Shown here: piece by piece, positions 28,525 to 37,112 of the stretch | Numbering within the stretch: the stretch's first letter is position 1 | Layout of the letters: the number at the start of each line of letters is the position of its first letter | DNA from: Minisyncoccia bacterium | GTDB taxonomy: Bacteria > Patescibacteriota > Minisyncoccia > Phycocordibacterales > UBA918 | DNA: 40,959 nucleotides | Assembly: GCA_041752975.1 (NCBI GenBank) | Contig: JBGSVK010000026.1 | Coordinates: forward strand, 1-40,959 | Reading direction: 5' to 3' | Notes under the pieces: generated by a model | What the model was told of the DNA's origin: nothing | Database searches by the model: none | The model's input: the letters and a program-made list of their open reading frames with translations, nothing else | Translations under genes and position numbers: made by a program

Positions 28525-29016
28525 ATGCCTTCTAAAGAATCACGTAACACTCGGTACGAACAGGGAACAGAAGTACAAAAATACTTGTATGCCTCTGGGG
28601 AAAGTGGCTTAGCTTTAAAGCAAATCGCTACAAAGCACCATCAAAATCAAGAGCCTAATTACGCAAAATTTGCTTTGTTAGTAGGTGATGTAGTACTAGG
28701 ATTCTACAGCGCTAACCAATTAGTTTCTCTACTGCAAAAAGAATTGAGTATTGATCAAGCTACTGCTGAATCAATTACTCCAGACATTTTAGAGTTCTTG
28801 AAACCTTTATCAAACCCTAACTGGAAATCATCAGAAGGAGAGATTCAAGACTTGGTTGATAAAATAGAAGTACAGGAGATATCTTCTGAAATTGCTGAGA
28901 CTGAAGCAGTATTAGAAACAACGATATCTCCTATCCGCACCATGGCAGGGGACAGTAATCAAAAAGAACAAGTGTACTCTAGTCACCAGTCAGCAATCTT
29001 AAACGAAAGAAAGTAA
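28525..29016 (+). CDS. Hypothetical soluble protein in T4SS-like locus
   Basis: Co-oriented, 16 nt after previous stop; LVGDVVLG, PIRTMAGD. Confidence 0.7.
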   Translation: MPSKESRNTRYEQGTEVQKYLYASGESGLALKQIATKHHQNQEPNYAKFALLVGDVVLGFYSANQLVSLLQKELSIDQATAESITPDILEFLKPLSNPNWKSSEGEIQDLVDKIEVQEISSEIAETEAVLETTISPIRTMAGDSNQKEQVYSSHQSAILNERK

Positions 29017-29055
29017 ACCAAAAAGACCACTTTGCCTAAAGTGGTCTTTTTGGTT
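29016..29055. terminator. Terminator, 18-bp perfect inverted repeat, splitting the locus
   Basis: AACCAAAAAGACCACTTT-GCCT-AAAGTGGTCTTTTTGGTT. Confidence 0.85.
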
Positions 29056-29115
29056 GTGGATAGGAGACGTACAAATTCATCTCGTTGCCAACGTAAGCAT
29101 GTATAATACATATGT

Positions 29116-29532
29116 ATGCGTTTTGAAGTACCACAATTTATTGAAATTGAGGATAAGATTTTTGGTCCTTTAACTTGGCGACAATTTTTGTATCTTGGTG
29201 GTGGAGTTGGTATGGGAACAGTACTATTTTTTACTACTCCATTTATTATTTTTCTTATCTTTGGCTTACCTCTAGCACTACTCGCTGGAGCATTGGCTTT
29301 TTATCCAGTTAACAGTCGTCCCTTTTCATATTTTCTTGAAGCTATCATTAATTATGTAAGAGGCCACAAACTTTATCTTTGGAAGAGAAAAGAAGTAATC
29401 CATAAGTATCAATTCACACCAAGCCAAATACCGAATCAACCCTTACCCAACATTGCCCCTAGAGGAAACCAAAAAAACATTACTTCAATGGCTCGTCGAC
29501 TTGAGTTAGAAGCCTTACAAAAACAAGAATAA
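29116..29532 (+). CDS. PrgI-family (VirB3-like) protein
   Basis: F.VPQFIEIEDKIFGPLTWRQF, two TM, NSRPF. Confidence 0.88.
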   Translation: MRFEVPQFIEIEDKIFGPLTWRQFLYLGGGVGMGTVLFFTTPFIIFLIFGLPLALLAGALAFYPVNSRPFSYFLEAIINYVRGHKLYLWKRKEVIHKYQFTPSQIPNQPLPNIAPRGNQKNITSMARRLELEALQKQE

Positions 29533-29533
29533 T

Positions 29534-30169
29534 ATGCCAAAAGCTACACCCGCATCACAAGATTTTGTCGGTATCCGTGACATAAAAGACGGAGTGGTTA
29601 TTTTAAAAAATGGCCAGATGTGTACTGTTTTACTAGCATCATCGGTTAACTTTGCCCTTAAATCTGCTGATGAACAACAAGCGATACTTCAACAATTTCA
29701 GACTTTCTTGAATACTTTGGACTTCACTTTACAAATCTATGTTCAGTCAAGAAGACTAAATATTGAACCCTACCTTGAACTACTATCTACTCGTGAATCA
29801 ATGCAGGACAATGATTTGATGAGAATTCAACTTCGTGAATATATGGATTTTATCCGAACTTTTACTAGGGAAGTAGACGTCATGAGCAAGAATTTCTTTG
29901 TAATTATTCCTTACACTGCTTCACCGATTAATATTACAAAAAGTATTACTTCATTTTTGACACCAGCCGGCAACAAGGCCACCCCGTCTGATATGCGCTT
30001 TGAGGAACAACGTATTCAACTTGATCAGAGAGTATCTATAGTTGAACAAGGACTATCGAGAGTGGGAGTAAGGACTGTCCCTCTTCAATCTGACGACCTA
30101 GTTGAGCTTTATTATCATATTTATAACCCTACTGACCCGACCGGAGCAGCCCCAATATTTAACACTTAG
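29534..30169 (+). CDS. VirB4/TraC N-terminal-domain-like protein
   Basis: SSVNFALKSADEQ..I...FQ.FLN.LDF.LQI.VQSR; between PrgI and VirB4. Confidence 0.75.
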   Translation: MPKATPASQDFVGIRDIKDGVVILKNGQMCTVLLASSVNFALKSADEQQAILQQFQTFLNTLDFTLQIYVQSRRLNIEPYLELLSTRESMQDNDLMRIQLREYMDFIRTFTREVDVMSKNFFVIIPYTASPINITKSITSFLTPAGNKATPSDMRFEEQRIQLDQRVSIVEQGLSRVGVRTVPLQSDDLVELYYHIYNPTDPTGAAPIFNT

Positions 30170-30177
30170 CCATTCAT

Positions 30178-31977
30178 ATGAGTTTACTTGATTTTTTACA
30201 ACCAAAAAAAAGTGGTTCCAACGAACCTTCTGGTGTCGATGGTCAACTCATGACTTTAACTGACGTAATTGCTCCATCAGCAATAAACATTGCTCCTCGC
30301 AGTATAAACGTTAGCGGTACTAGTGCCAGAGTTTTTTATGTTGTTGCTTATCCTAGGTATTTGAATGAAGGCTGGATTGAACCAATCTTAAATATTGAAA
30401 AAGAACTTGATATTTCAATTTTTATTCACCCAATCGATACTTCTGACACCTTAAAAAAGTTTCAAAAAAAAGTAGCCGAGGTACAGAGTCAAATTAACAT
30501 CAAGGCCGAAAAAGGCGAGGTTAGAGACCCTCAACTAGAAGCGGCTTATCGAAACCTTGAGGAATTACGTGACAAACTACAACAAGCAGAAGAGAAGTTA
30601 TTCAATGTTGGATTGTATTTAACTGTCTACGGCAAAGATGAAGCAGCTTTAAACAAAGCTGAAACTGATATCAAGGGTATCCTTGATTCAAGACTTATCT
30701 ATATCAAACCGGCCCTTTTTCAACAGGAGCAAGGGATGCAGAGTATTATCCCGTTAGCAAATGATGAATTGTTGGTACATAGCAAATTCAATTCTTCACC
30801 CCTGTCTAGCTTCTTCCCGTTTACATCCTTTGACTTAACTTCTGATAACGGTATTTTGTATGGTATAAACCGACACAATTCTTCTTTGGTATTGTTCGAT
30901 AGATTTTCACTCACCAACTATAACTCAGTAACATTTGCCACTTCTGGCGCAGGGAAATCATACGCACTAAAACTTGAGATACTTCGTTCATTAATGTTTG
31001 GGACCGAAGTTATAGTTCTGGACCCAGAAAGGGAATATGAGTACCTGGCTGAAGCGACCGGAGGAAGATTTTTCAACATATCGCTTTCTTCAGATCACCA
31101 CATTAATCCTTTTGATTTGCCTCTACCACAGCCAGATGAAAGCCCCAAAGATATTCTCAGGTCACACATTATTGAACTTATCGGTCTTTTCCGCCTGATG
31201 TTGGGAGGGGTCTCGCCCGAAGAAGAAACTGTACTAGATTTGGCTATCCAAGAAACCTACGCCCTAAAAGATATTACCGGCGATACAGATTTTAGTAACC
31301 AAGAACCACCACTACTATCGGACTTTGAAATGGTTTTGGCTGGAATGGATGGTAGTGCATCACTAATAACCAGAATCCAAAAGTACACCTCTGGAACCTG
31401 GTCTGGTTTTATGAACAAACCAACCAATGTTGATATCAATCAAAAATTTGTGGTTTTTTCACTTCGCGACATGGAAGACGAACTAAAGACAATCGCCATG
31501 TACATCATTACTAACTTTATCTGGGGCTCGGTTCGAAGAAGAATGGTTAAGAGACTCTTGGTTATTGACGAGGCTTGGTGGATGATGAAATCTGAAGATA
31601 CTGCTTCATTTTTGTTTAGTCTTGCTAAACGAGGTAGAAAGTATTACTTAGGCATTGCTACCATTACACAAGACGTTGATGACTTCTTACGTTCTCCATA
31701 TGGTGTACCGATGATTACCAATTCCTCACTTCAGTTCCTAATGAAACAGTCTCCAACTGCAATTGATAATATCCAAAAAACCTTCAATTTGACTGATGAA
31801 GAGAAATTCTTACTCCTAGAATCCAGTGTAGGGGAAGGAATATTCTTTGCTGGACTTAAGCACGTTGCTATCAAAGTTATTGCCTCTTATACAGAAGACC
31901 AAATCATTACTTCAGACCCATCACAACTTCTCCAAATAAAGAAAGCTAGAGAAGAACTACAGGCATCACGCGTATAG
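30178..31977 (+). CDS. virB4: VirB4-like type IV secretion ATPase
   Basis: YGIN, Walker A ATSGAGKS, LDPEREY, INPFD, Walker B VIDEAW, KRGRKY, ITQD. Confidence 0.9.
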   Translation: MSLLDFLQPKKSGSNEPSGVDGQLMTLTDVIAPSAINIAPRSINVSGTSARVFYVVAYPRYLNEGWIEPILNIEKELDISIFIHPIDTSDTLKKFQKKVAEVQSQINIKAEKGEVRDPQLEAAYRNLEELRDKLQQAEEKLFNVGLYLTVYGKDEAALNKAETDIKGILDSRLIYIKPALFQQEQGMQSIIPLANDELLVHSKFNSSPLSSFFPFTSFDLTSDNGILYGINRHNSSLVLFDRFSLTNYNSVTFATSGAGKSYALKLEILRSLMFGTEVIVLDPEREYEYLAEATGGRFFNISLSSDHHINPFDLPLPQPDESPKDILRSHIIELIGLFRLMLGGVSPEEETVLDLAIQETYALKDITGDTDFSNQEPPLLSDFEMVLAGMDGSASLITRIQKYTSGTWSGFMNKPTNVDINQKFVVFSLRDMEDELKTIAMYIITNFIWGSVRRRMVKRLLVIDEAWWMMKSEDTASFLFSLAKRGRKYYLGIATITQDVDDFLRSPYGVPMITNSSLQFLMKQSPTAIDNIQKTFNLTDEEKFLLLESSVGEGIFFAGLKHVAIKVIASYTEDQIITSDPSQLLQIKKAREELQASRV

Positions 31978-31991
31978 TATACTAATCGTAT

Positions 31992-32813
31992 ATGGCAAAC
32001 AGCAACGCACAACCAAATCCTAACGTGGGTCGTTATGACAGTGCCAAAGCTATCCCTCGCTCTAAGCAGGTAAGAAGAATAAATGACGACTGGGCTTACC
32101 TTGACCCCAAAAGTGTCTCTCCCTATGCCACAAATGATGAGAGATTTAATGCCACCTATCAAACTAAAGGACTTCAACCTCAAAACCTAAATGAAGTAAG
32201 AAAAGGCAGAGTAGCTGCCAATGATAACTTATATAATGAGAGTACTGAAGACGAAGAGGAGTCTCAGAACATCTTTCGTTTAAAGCAACTTGCTCGTTTA
32301 GCTGCGAGGAAAAAAGCCACTGCTTTGGCAACAAAAGTAGCCCTAAAATCTAGAGTCTCAGCTGTAAACACCTCAATTATTTCTTGGGGAGGTTCGTTAT
32401 GGTTTTCTGTCCAGTTTCCTTTTTCACTTCTTGGTGTAGCTATGCTTGGTGTAATGGGATTAGCAAACTCAATTATTCAAGAAAGTGGTGTGATTGGTGG
32501 GGCATTAACGTGGCTGGTTAAACAACTTGCAGACGGTGTAAAATTTGTTTCTGGGATTGATGTAAATCTATTATCTATGGCTGAAGGTTTATTTTTTATT
32601 CCCTATGTAATAGTTTTGGCTATTGGTATTTTGACTATTTTGATTGCATATTTACAATATTCACTTTCATTTTTGCACCCTTTATCTGGAAACAAAGCTG
32701 GCCTAAAATTAGGTTCTCTAATATTTGCTCTAATTGGTTATTCAACTCCAGTATTAAATATATTCCCTTGGGCCCTGATCTGGATGGCGGTAGTTTGGAA
32801 ATACCCAAGATAG
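31992..32813 (+). CDS. Hypothetical membrane protein
   Basis: Hydrophilic N-terminus, 4-5 C-terminal hydrophobic segments; TATACT 8 nt before ATG. Confidence 0.7.
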   Translation: MANSNAQPNPNVGRYDSAKAIPRSKQVRRINDDWAYLDPKSVSPYATNDERFNATYQTKGLQPQNLNEVRKGRVAANDNLYNESTEDEEESQNIFRLKQLARLAARKKATALATKVALKSRVSAVNTSIISWGGSLWFSVQFPFSLLGVAMLGVMGLANSIIQESGVIGGALTWLVKQLADGVKFVSGIDVNLLSMAEGLFFIPYVIVLAIGILTILIAYLQYSLSFLHPLSGNKAGLKLGSLIFALIGYSTPVLNIFPWALIWMAVVWKYPR

Positions 32814-32860
32814 TGGTAAACCACCATATTTCTTAGTTTTAATTTGCTATTATAATAAGC

Positions 32861-33823
32861 ATGAAGTACATCCTAATAGCTTTTTTACTTATTCTTTGCC
32901 CCCTCTCATTTTCTTCTGCACAAACAGACCTTAGTATTGCTAATCAAGGTCTTGATATTGACTTAAAACCACAATACCCAGAACCTTATTCTGAATTCAC
33001 TGCCTCTCTAAATGATTATTCGGTAGGAAATCAGGTTACTGGTATTAAATGGCGAGTTGACAATGCAATAATTACTGAATCCAACAATGAACGCACTATT
33101 ACTTTAAAAACAAAAGGTATTAATCAAAAAACAACCGTTGAAGCGATAGTAACTTTTAGTGGAGGATTGACTGAAATAGTTAAAAAAACAATTGCTCCAA
33201 CCTTTATTGACATAATAATCGAACCACAAACCAGAACTCCTTCGTTTTACTTAGGAAGATCACTTCCAAGTATTGGTAGCCAAATCAATCTTACGGCTTT
33301 AGTCAATGGCTCAACAAATAATAGTGGCTTGGTATACACTTGGAAATTAAATGATACCACCCTCGAGAAAGGATCCCAGCTAGGTAAAAACAAAATCACA
33401 ACGACAATTCCTTTCGGAACAGCTTCGATTGTTACTCTTGAAGTATCAAATCTAAATGATGGAAGTGTCTATAAACGTTCAGTCCAAATACCCACAATTA
33501 GTCCTTCTCTATTGTTCTACGAGATAAACCCACTTTATGGACAAGCAAACAAACCAGTAAAGAACCTCAATTTGATAGGAGATAGTGTTACTGTAAAAGC
33601 CGAGCCTTACAATTTAGATATTATCACCTACAATTCACCCGACATGCTAGAGTGGAAAATAAACGGTTACACAAGCACTCAAGGTAAGGGTAGCCCATAT
33701 GAAGTAACGTTTGCTAGAGAAAATGGACAAACCTTAAGTGGTGTTTCAAGAATTGATTTTCACGTCAGAAACTTGAAGCAACTTTTGCAAGGTGCTGAGG
33801 GTGGATTCCAGATAAACTTTTAG
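32861..33823 (+). CDS. Secreted beta-rich (Ig/PKD-like repeat) protein
   Basis: Signal peptide; three repeats of a W-x-(V/L/I)-(D/N) motif (IKWRVDN, YTWKLND, LEWKING). Confidence 0.65.
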   Translation: MKYILIAFLLILCPLSFSSAQTDLSIANQGLDIDLKPQYPEPYSEFTASLNDYSVGNQVTGIKWRVDNAIITESNNERTITLKTKGINQKTTVEAIVTFSGGLTEIVKKTIAPTFIDIIIEPQTRTPSFYLGRSLPSIGSQINLTALVNGSTNNSGLVYTWKLNDTTLEKGSQLGKNKITTTIPFGTASIVTLEVSNLNDGSVYKRSVQIPTISPSLLFYEINPLYGQANKPVKNLNLIGDSVTVKAEPYNLDIITYNSPDMLEWKINGYTSTQGKGSPYEVTFARENGQTLSGVSRIDFHVRNLKQLLQGAEGGFQINF

Positions 33824-33829
33824 AATTCT

Positions 33830-35008
33830 ATGAATAAACAAATCTTTATAATCATTGGGGCAGTCATAGTTTTAATCCTAATTGTGACTTGGGCCTATCT
33901 ACTTATTTTTGGAACTCCCAAAGATGCTAATGATGTGTTTACAGAGCTAGGATTGAGCGGGGAAGAAGAGGAAATTACATTTGTACCGACACCAGTAGTA
34001 GAAGAACCTGTAGTTGATGTAGAAAAGCCAAAACTTCGCCAGTTGACTACCAAGTTAGTAGCGGGCTATCGCGAAGTTACAGGAAGCGATGGTATTCCAT
34101 ATGTTTATTATGTAGAAATGGGGACAGGACATATTTATTCAATTGATTTGAATTCTAGTGTTGAAACTAGACTATCTGGTACCACTGTAAAAAATACCTA
34201 CAAGGCTGAAATCTCTCCTCTAGGAGACTATGTCGCTATCGCTTCTTTGGAAAACTCAAAGAACATGCCCTTAGTATTAGGAAAAATGAGTACAACAACC
34301 GAGAGCAACTTGGAATTGACTGACTTTAATGAAACCGTTAGAGATTTTTCAATTAGTGATAAAAACGAGCTAATGTATTCGTCTCTAGTGAATGGGGAAC
34401 TGGTTGGATATTATTACAACTTAGCAAATAAAAAGAAGAGTAACCTCTTTTCAATTCCTTTTGTAGACGCCAACATACAATGGAGTAGTGATGGTTCTAC
34501 TGGCTCTCAATATATCTTCCCCAAAGCCAGTTATGCTCTAGAGGGTTTTCTTTACGAAGTTAAAAATAATAAGCTTACAAGACTACCTTTAGATGGTTTT
34601 GGATTTTCTGCGGCTGCTAATAACGAAATGATTCTTTACAGCTACCTAGAAGGAAATACCGCAATTAGTGGAGTCTATAATCGAGAAACTGGTGAGACAC
34701 AAAACCTTGATGCTATGGTATTACCAGAGAAGTGCTTTATTCCCAAAATAGGATTAATATTTGTCTGTGCTTATGAAGCAACTAGTAAGCCTTATCAGTT
34801 CCCTGATTCTTGGTATAGGGGCGAAACATCATTTAAAGACTCTTTATATGCCATCTCTGGAACTGAAATAACTTCTCAGCTATTAATTGATACTTACACT
34901 GAGAGTAGTCGGGAAATAGATATTGTTGATATAAAGACCGGAGAAAAAGGTGAGGAACTTTACTTTATTAACAAAAACGATAACTCACTTTGGATGTATG
35001 AAATCTAA
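33830..35008 (+). CDS. Membrane-anchored putative beta-propeller protein
   Basis: N-terminal TM, P/V/E linker, repeated beta-strand units (YYVE..TGHIY, ISPLGD, QWSSDG, LYFINK...LW). Confidence 0.65.
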   Translation: MNKQIFIIIGAVIVLILIVTWAYLLIFGTPKDANDVFTELGLSGEEEEITFVPTPVVEEPVVDVEKPKLRQLTTKLVAGYREVTGSDGIPYVYYVEMGTGHIYSIDLNSSVETRLSGTTVKNTYKAEISPLGDYVAIASLENSKNMPLVLGKMSTTTESNLELTDFNETVRDFSISDKNELMYSSLVNGELVGYYYNLANKKKSNLFSIPFVDANIQWSSDGSTGSQYIFPKASYALEGFLYEVKNNKLTRLPLDGFGFSAAANNEMILYSYLEGNTAISGVYNRETGETQNLDAMVLPEKCFIPKIGLIFVCAYEATSKPYQFPDSWYRGETSFKDSLYAISGTEITSQLLIDTYTESSREIDIVDIKTGEKGEELYFINKNDNSLWMYEI

Positions 35009-35594
35009 AACTTTTCTTAGTTTAATCATTTTTGTTGTACTGATTTTGCCTACAGTATCTTTTGCGGAATTTGTACCACTTGTGGGTATACCGGGTGTGA
35101 GTGCAGATGCAGATTTTAGCACCTATATAAATACCCTGTACGCTCTCTCAATTAGTATTGCCGGTCTACTAGCAGTAATCAAAATAATTATTGCTGGAGT
35201 TAAGTGGATGCTATCAGACGTTGTTACTAGTAAACAAGAAGCTAAGAGCGATATTCAAGGGGCACTTTTTGGTCTACTAGTTGTGATATCAGCAGTGTTA
35301 GTCCTAAACATTATCAACCCACAACTAACCAAAACCACTCTTTTTGTAAGCCCTGTTGATAGAGTTCCCGGCTCTGGCTCTTCCGGACCAGGTGCCCCAG
35401 CCTCCCCAACAGCTAATAACGTACGCGTAATAAACCCAAAGATAGATTGTACTCCAGTTGCTGGTGGAAAATACAATTGTGTTACAGCATTTGAGTCGTG
35501 TACTTCAGGGGGAGGTGTGCCTTCTCAAGCTTTTAATATAAACGGCTCATTAGATCCAAGTAAAGTGAGTTGTAGACAAAGTGAACAGTATTAA
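34998..35594 (+). CDS. VirB2/TrbC-like pilin with Cys-rich C-terminal extension
   Basis: Signal peptide, hydrophobic hairpin IAGLLAVIKIIIAG.KW...AK..I.GALFGL......VLNIINP; likely ATG 34998. Confidence 0.75.
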   Translation: MKSKTFLSLIIFVVLILPTVSFAEFVPLVGIPGVSADADFSTYINTLYALSISIAGLLAVIKIIIAGVKWMLSDVVTSKQEAKSDIQGALFGLLVVISAVLVLNIINPQLTKTTLFVSPVDRVPGSGSSGPGAPASPTANNVRVINPKIDCTPVAGGKYNCVTAFESCTSGGGVPSQAFNINGSLDPSKVSCRQSEQY

Positions 35595-35609
35595 AATATA
35601 AATTGCATA

Positions 35610-35646
35610 TTAAATAAGCCACTCACACAGTGAGTGGCTTATTTAA
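35610..35646. terminator. Bidirectional terminator, 17-bp perfect inverted repeat
   Basis: TTAAATAAGCCACTCAC-ACA-GTGAGTGGCTTATTTAA. Confidence 0.88.
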
Positions 35647-35664
35647 AAATAATTAGTTTACAAT

Positions 35665-36393
35665 TTATCGATGCTTTCTTATGTAAATTTCTTGGAGAAT
35701 TGCTACTAGGTTACTTACAAAGAAATATAGAGCGATGGAGGCTGCTAAGGCGTAAGCAACAAAGAAAATTACGACAGGCATTACATAACGCATTTGCAGT
35801 TGCATATTTCTAGCAAAATCATCTTTAAAATTTGGGGCCGCGTTTGGATCTCTAGGGGCCAATTTAGGCATAGCAAGAGTAATTTGGAAATACTGAGTAA
35901 CTCCTGCAAGTAGCGCTAGGATTAGACTTTTAGCCGTAATATCTACAATTCCCATAAAATTCATGTTTACAAATTCAGGAACTGGAATAAAACTATAGAG
36001 AATATCAACATTTATTGCTGGTAAGGCTATCCCTCCTCCACTGTAAACTGAGAAATACAAAGCAATTATAATTGGTATTTGTAAAAACATTAGGAAAATA
36101 CTTGCAAAAGGATTGATTCCACCTTCGCGGTAAATTTTCATCATTGCCTGCGCTTGCTCCTCTCTTTTATCTTTAAGTTTTTCCTTTATTTCCTTTAGCT
36201 TTGGTTCTATCTCTCTCATTATTTTTTGAGTTTTGGCCGCCTTGATAGAGAGGGGAAGGAGAATAGTTTTTACAACCACTACAGTTGCAATAATTGCCAA
36301 ACCCACGTCACCACCAGGAATTACATCAATAAAAAAAACTAGCCCGTTATAAACAGGGTCAAAGAAAAATGTGTGCCAAATATAATTAAACAT
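35665..36393 (-). CDS. yidC: Membrane protein insertase YidC (short form, no large periplasmic domain)
   Basis: GLAII..TVVVKTILLPL, P.LKEIK, NPFAS..LQIPIIIALY, LYF.VSN; oriC synteny. Confidence 0.93.
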   Translation of the reverse strand: MFNYIWHTFFFDPVYNGLVFFIDVIPGGDVGLAIIATVVVVKTILLPLSIKAAKTQKIMREIEPKLKEIKEKLKDKREEQAQAMMKIYREGGINPFASIFLMFLQIPIIIALYFSVYSGGGIALPAINVDILYSFIPVPEFVNMNFMGIVDITAKSLILALLAGVTQYFQITLAMPKLAPRDPNAAPNFKDDFARNMQLQMRYVMPVVIFFVAYALAASIALYFFVSNLVAILQEIYIRKHR

Positions 36394-36409
36394 AGTGGCT
36401 ATTCTACCT

Positions 36410-36736
36410 TTATTTTAAAACTCTTCCAACTTCTTCCTTAATAATGATAGAAAAATCTCTTTTGGTTAGTTTTGAGACTTCAGGCTTAACTATGAATATA
36501 TAGGATCCGACAGATTTTATTGCGATTTTTTGATTTTCAATAATACTGTACATTCGTCTTCTAATTGTGTTTCTAACTGGGGCCTTCTTTGAAACCTTTT
36601 TACTGACTACTACTGAACATAAAAAAACATCACTAAGGTGATATACAGCAGTAATATAAGGGCTATGCGTGCGCTTTCCTTTACTAAATACCTTTGAAAA
36701 GGTAGGTCTATCTAATCTCTCTGTTTTTTTGAGCAT
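36410..36736 (-). CDS. rnpA: RNase P protein component
   Basis: MLKKTERL, VVSKKVSKKAPVRNTIRRR (RNR motif). Confidence 0.92.
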   Translation of the reverse strand: MLKKTERLDRPTFSKVFSKGKRTHSPYITAVYHLSDVFLCSVVVSKKVSKKAPVRNTIRRRMYSIIENQKIAIKSVGSYIFIVKPEVSKLTKRDFSIIIKEEVGRVLK

Positions 36737-36780
36737 ATATAACGATTAACGTTATTATACTTCCTTACGAAAAAAAGCTC

Positions 36781-36930
36781 CTATTGAGCTTTTTTTACAG
36801 TTAGCTGAGCTCGTCCTTTTCGGCGTCTAGCCAATAGGACTTTTGCTCCGGAAGTGGTTTCGCTACGTACCAAAAAACCGTGAGTGGTGGCTCGCTTTCT
36901 TTTACTTGGTTGATAGGTTCTTTTACTCAT
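36781..36930 (-). CDS. rpmH: 50S ribosomal protein L34; not in ORF track
   Basis: Hand translation [49 protein letters not shown]; stop lies in the loop of an AAAAAAAGCTC/GAGCTTTTTTT hairpin (36770-36796). Confidence 0.95.
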   Translation of the reverse strand: MSKRTYQPSKRKRATTHGFLVRSETTSGAKVLLARRRKGRAQLTVKKAQ

Positions 36931-36978
36931 ACCGCACAACTATACATGAATGTATTAATAATTCAATAGGGAAGATAT

Positions 36979-37082
36979 TTATACACAGTTTATACACAGT
37001 TGCATTTTTTAATCACCAAAAGAGGTGGCTTTTTAAATATCTTTAGACAAAAATTTTACAGGTTGGCCGATGAGAGTATAAT
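36979..37082 (+). promoter_or_regulatory. Tandem consensus DnaA boxes and dnaA promoter
   Basis: TTATACACA at 36979-87 and 36990-98; TTTACA-N16-TATAAT at 37055-37082. Confidence 0.8.
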
Positions 37083-37112
37083 GCTTGTTACTGTTTAGAT
37101 TGTTTGCAAGTT

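Noticed and set aside
6666-35476. Many short ORFs nested in or antisense to long genes (e.g. 6666-7139, 9248-9775, 12228-12560, 23151-23477, 31887-32183)
   Set aside because: Shadows of well-supported genes, with no recognisable motifs or initiation signals
36843-37046. 67-aa + strand ORF
   Set aside because: Antisense to rpmH and crosses the DnaA boxes
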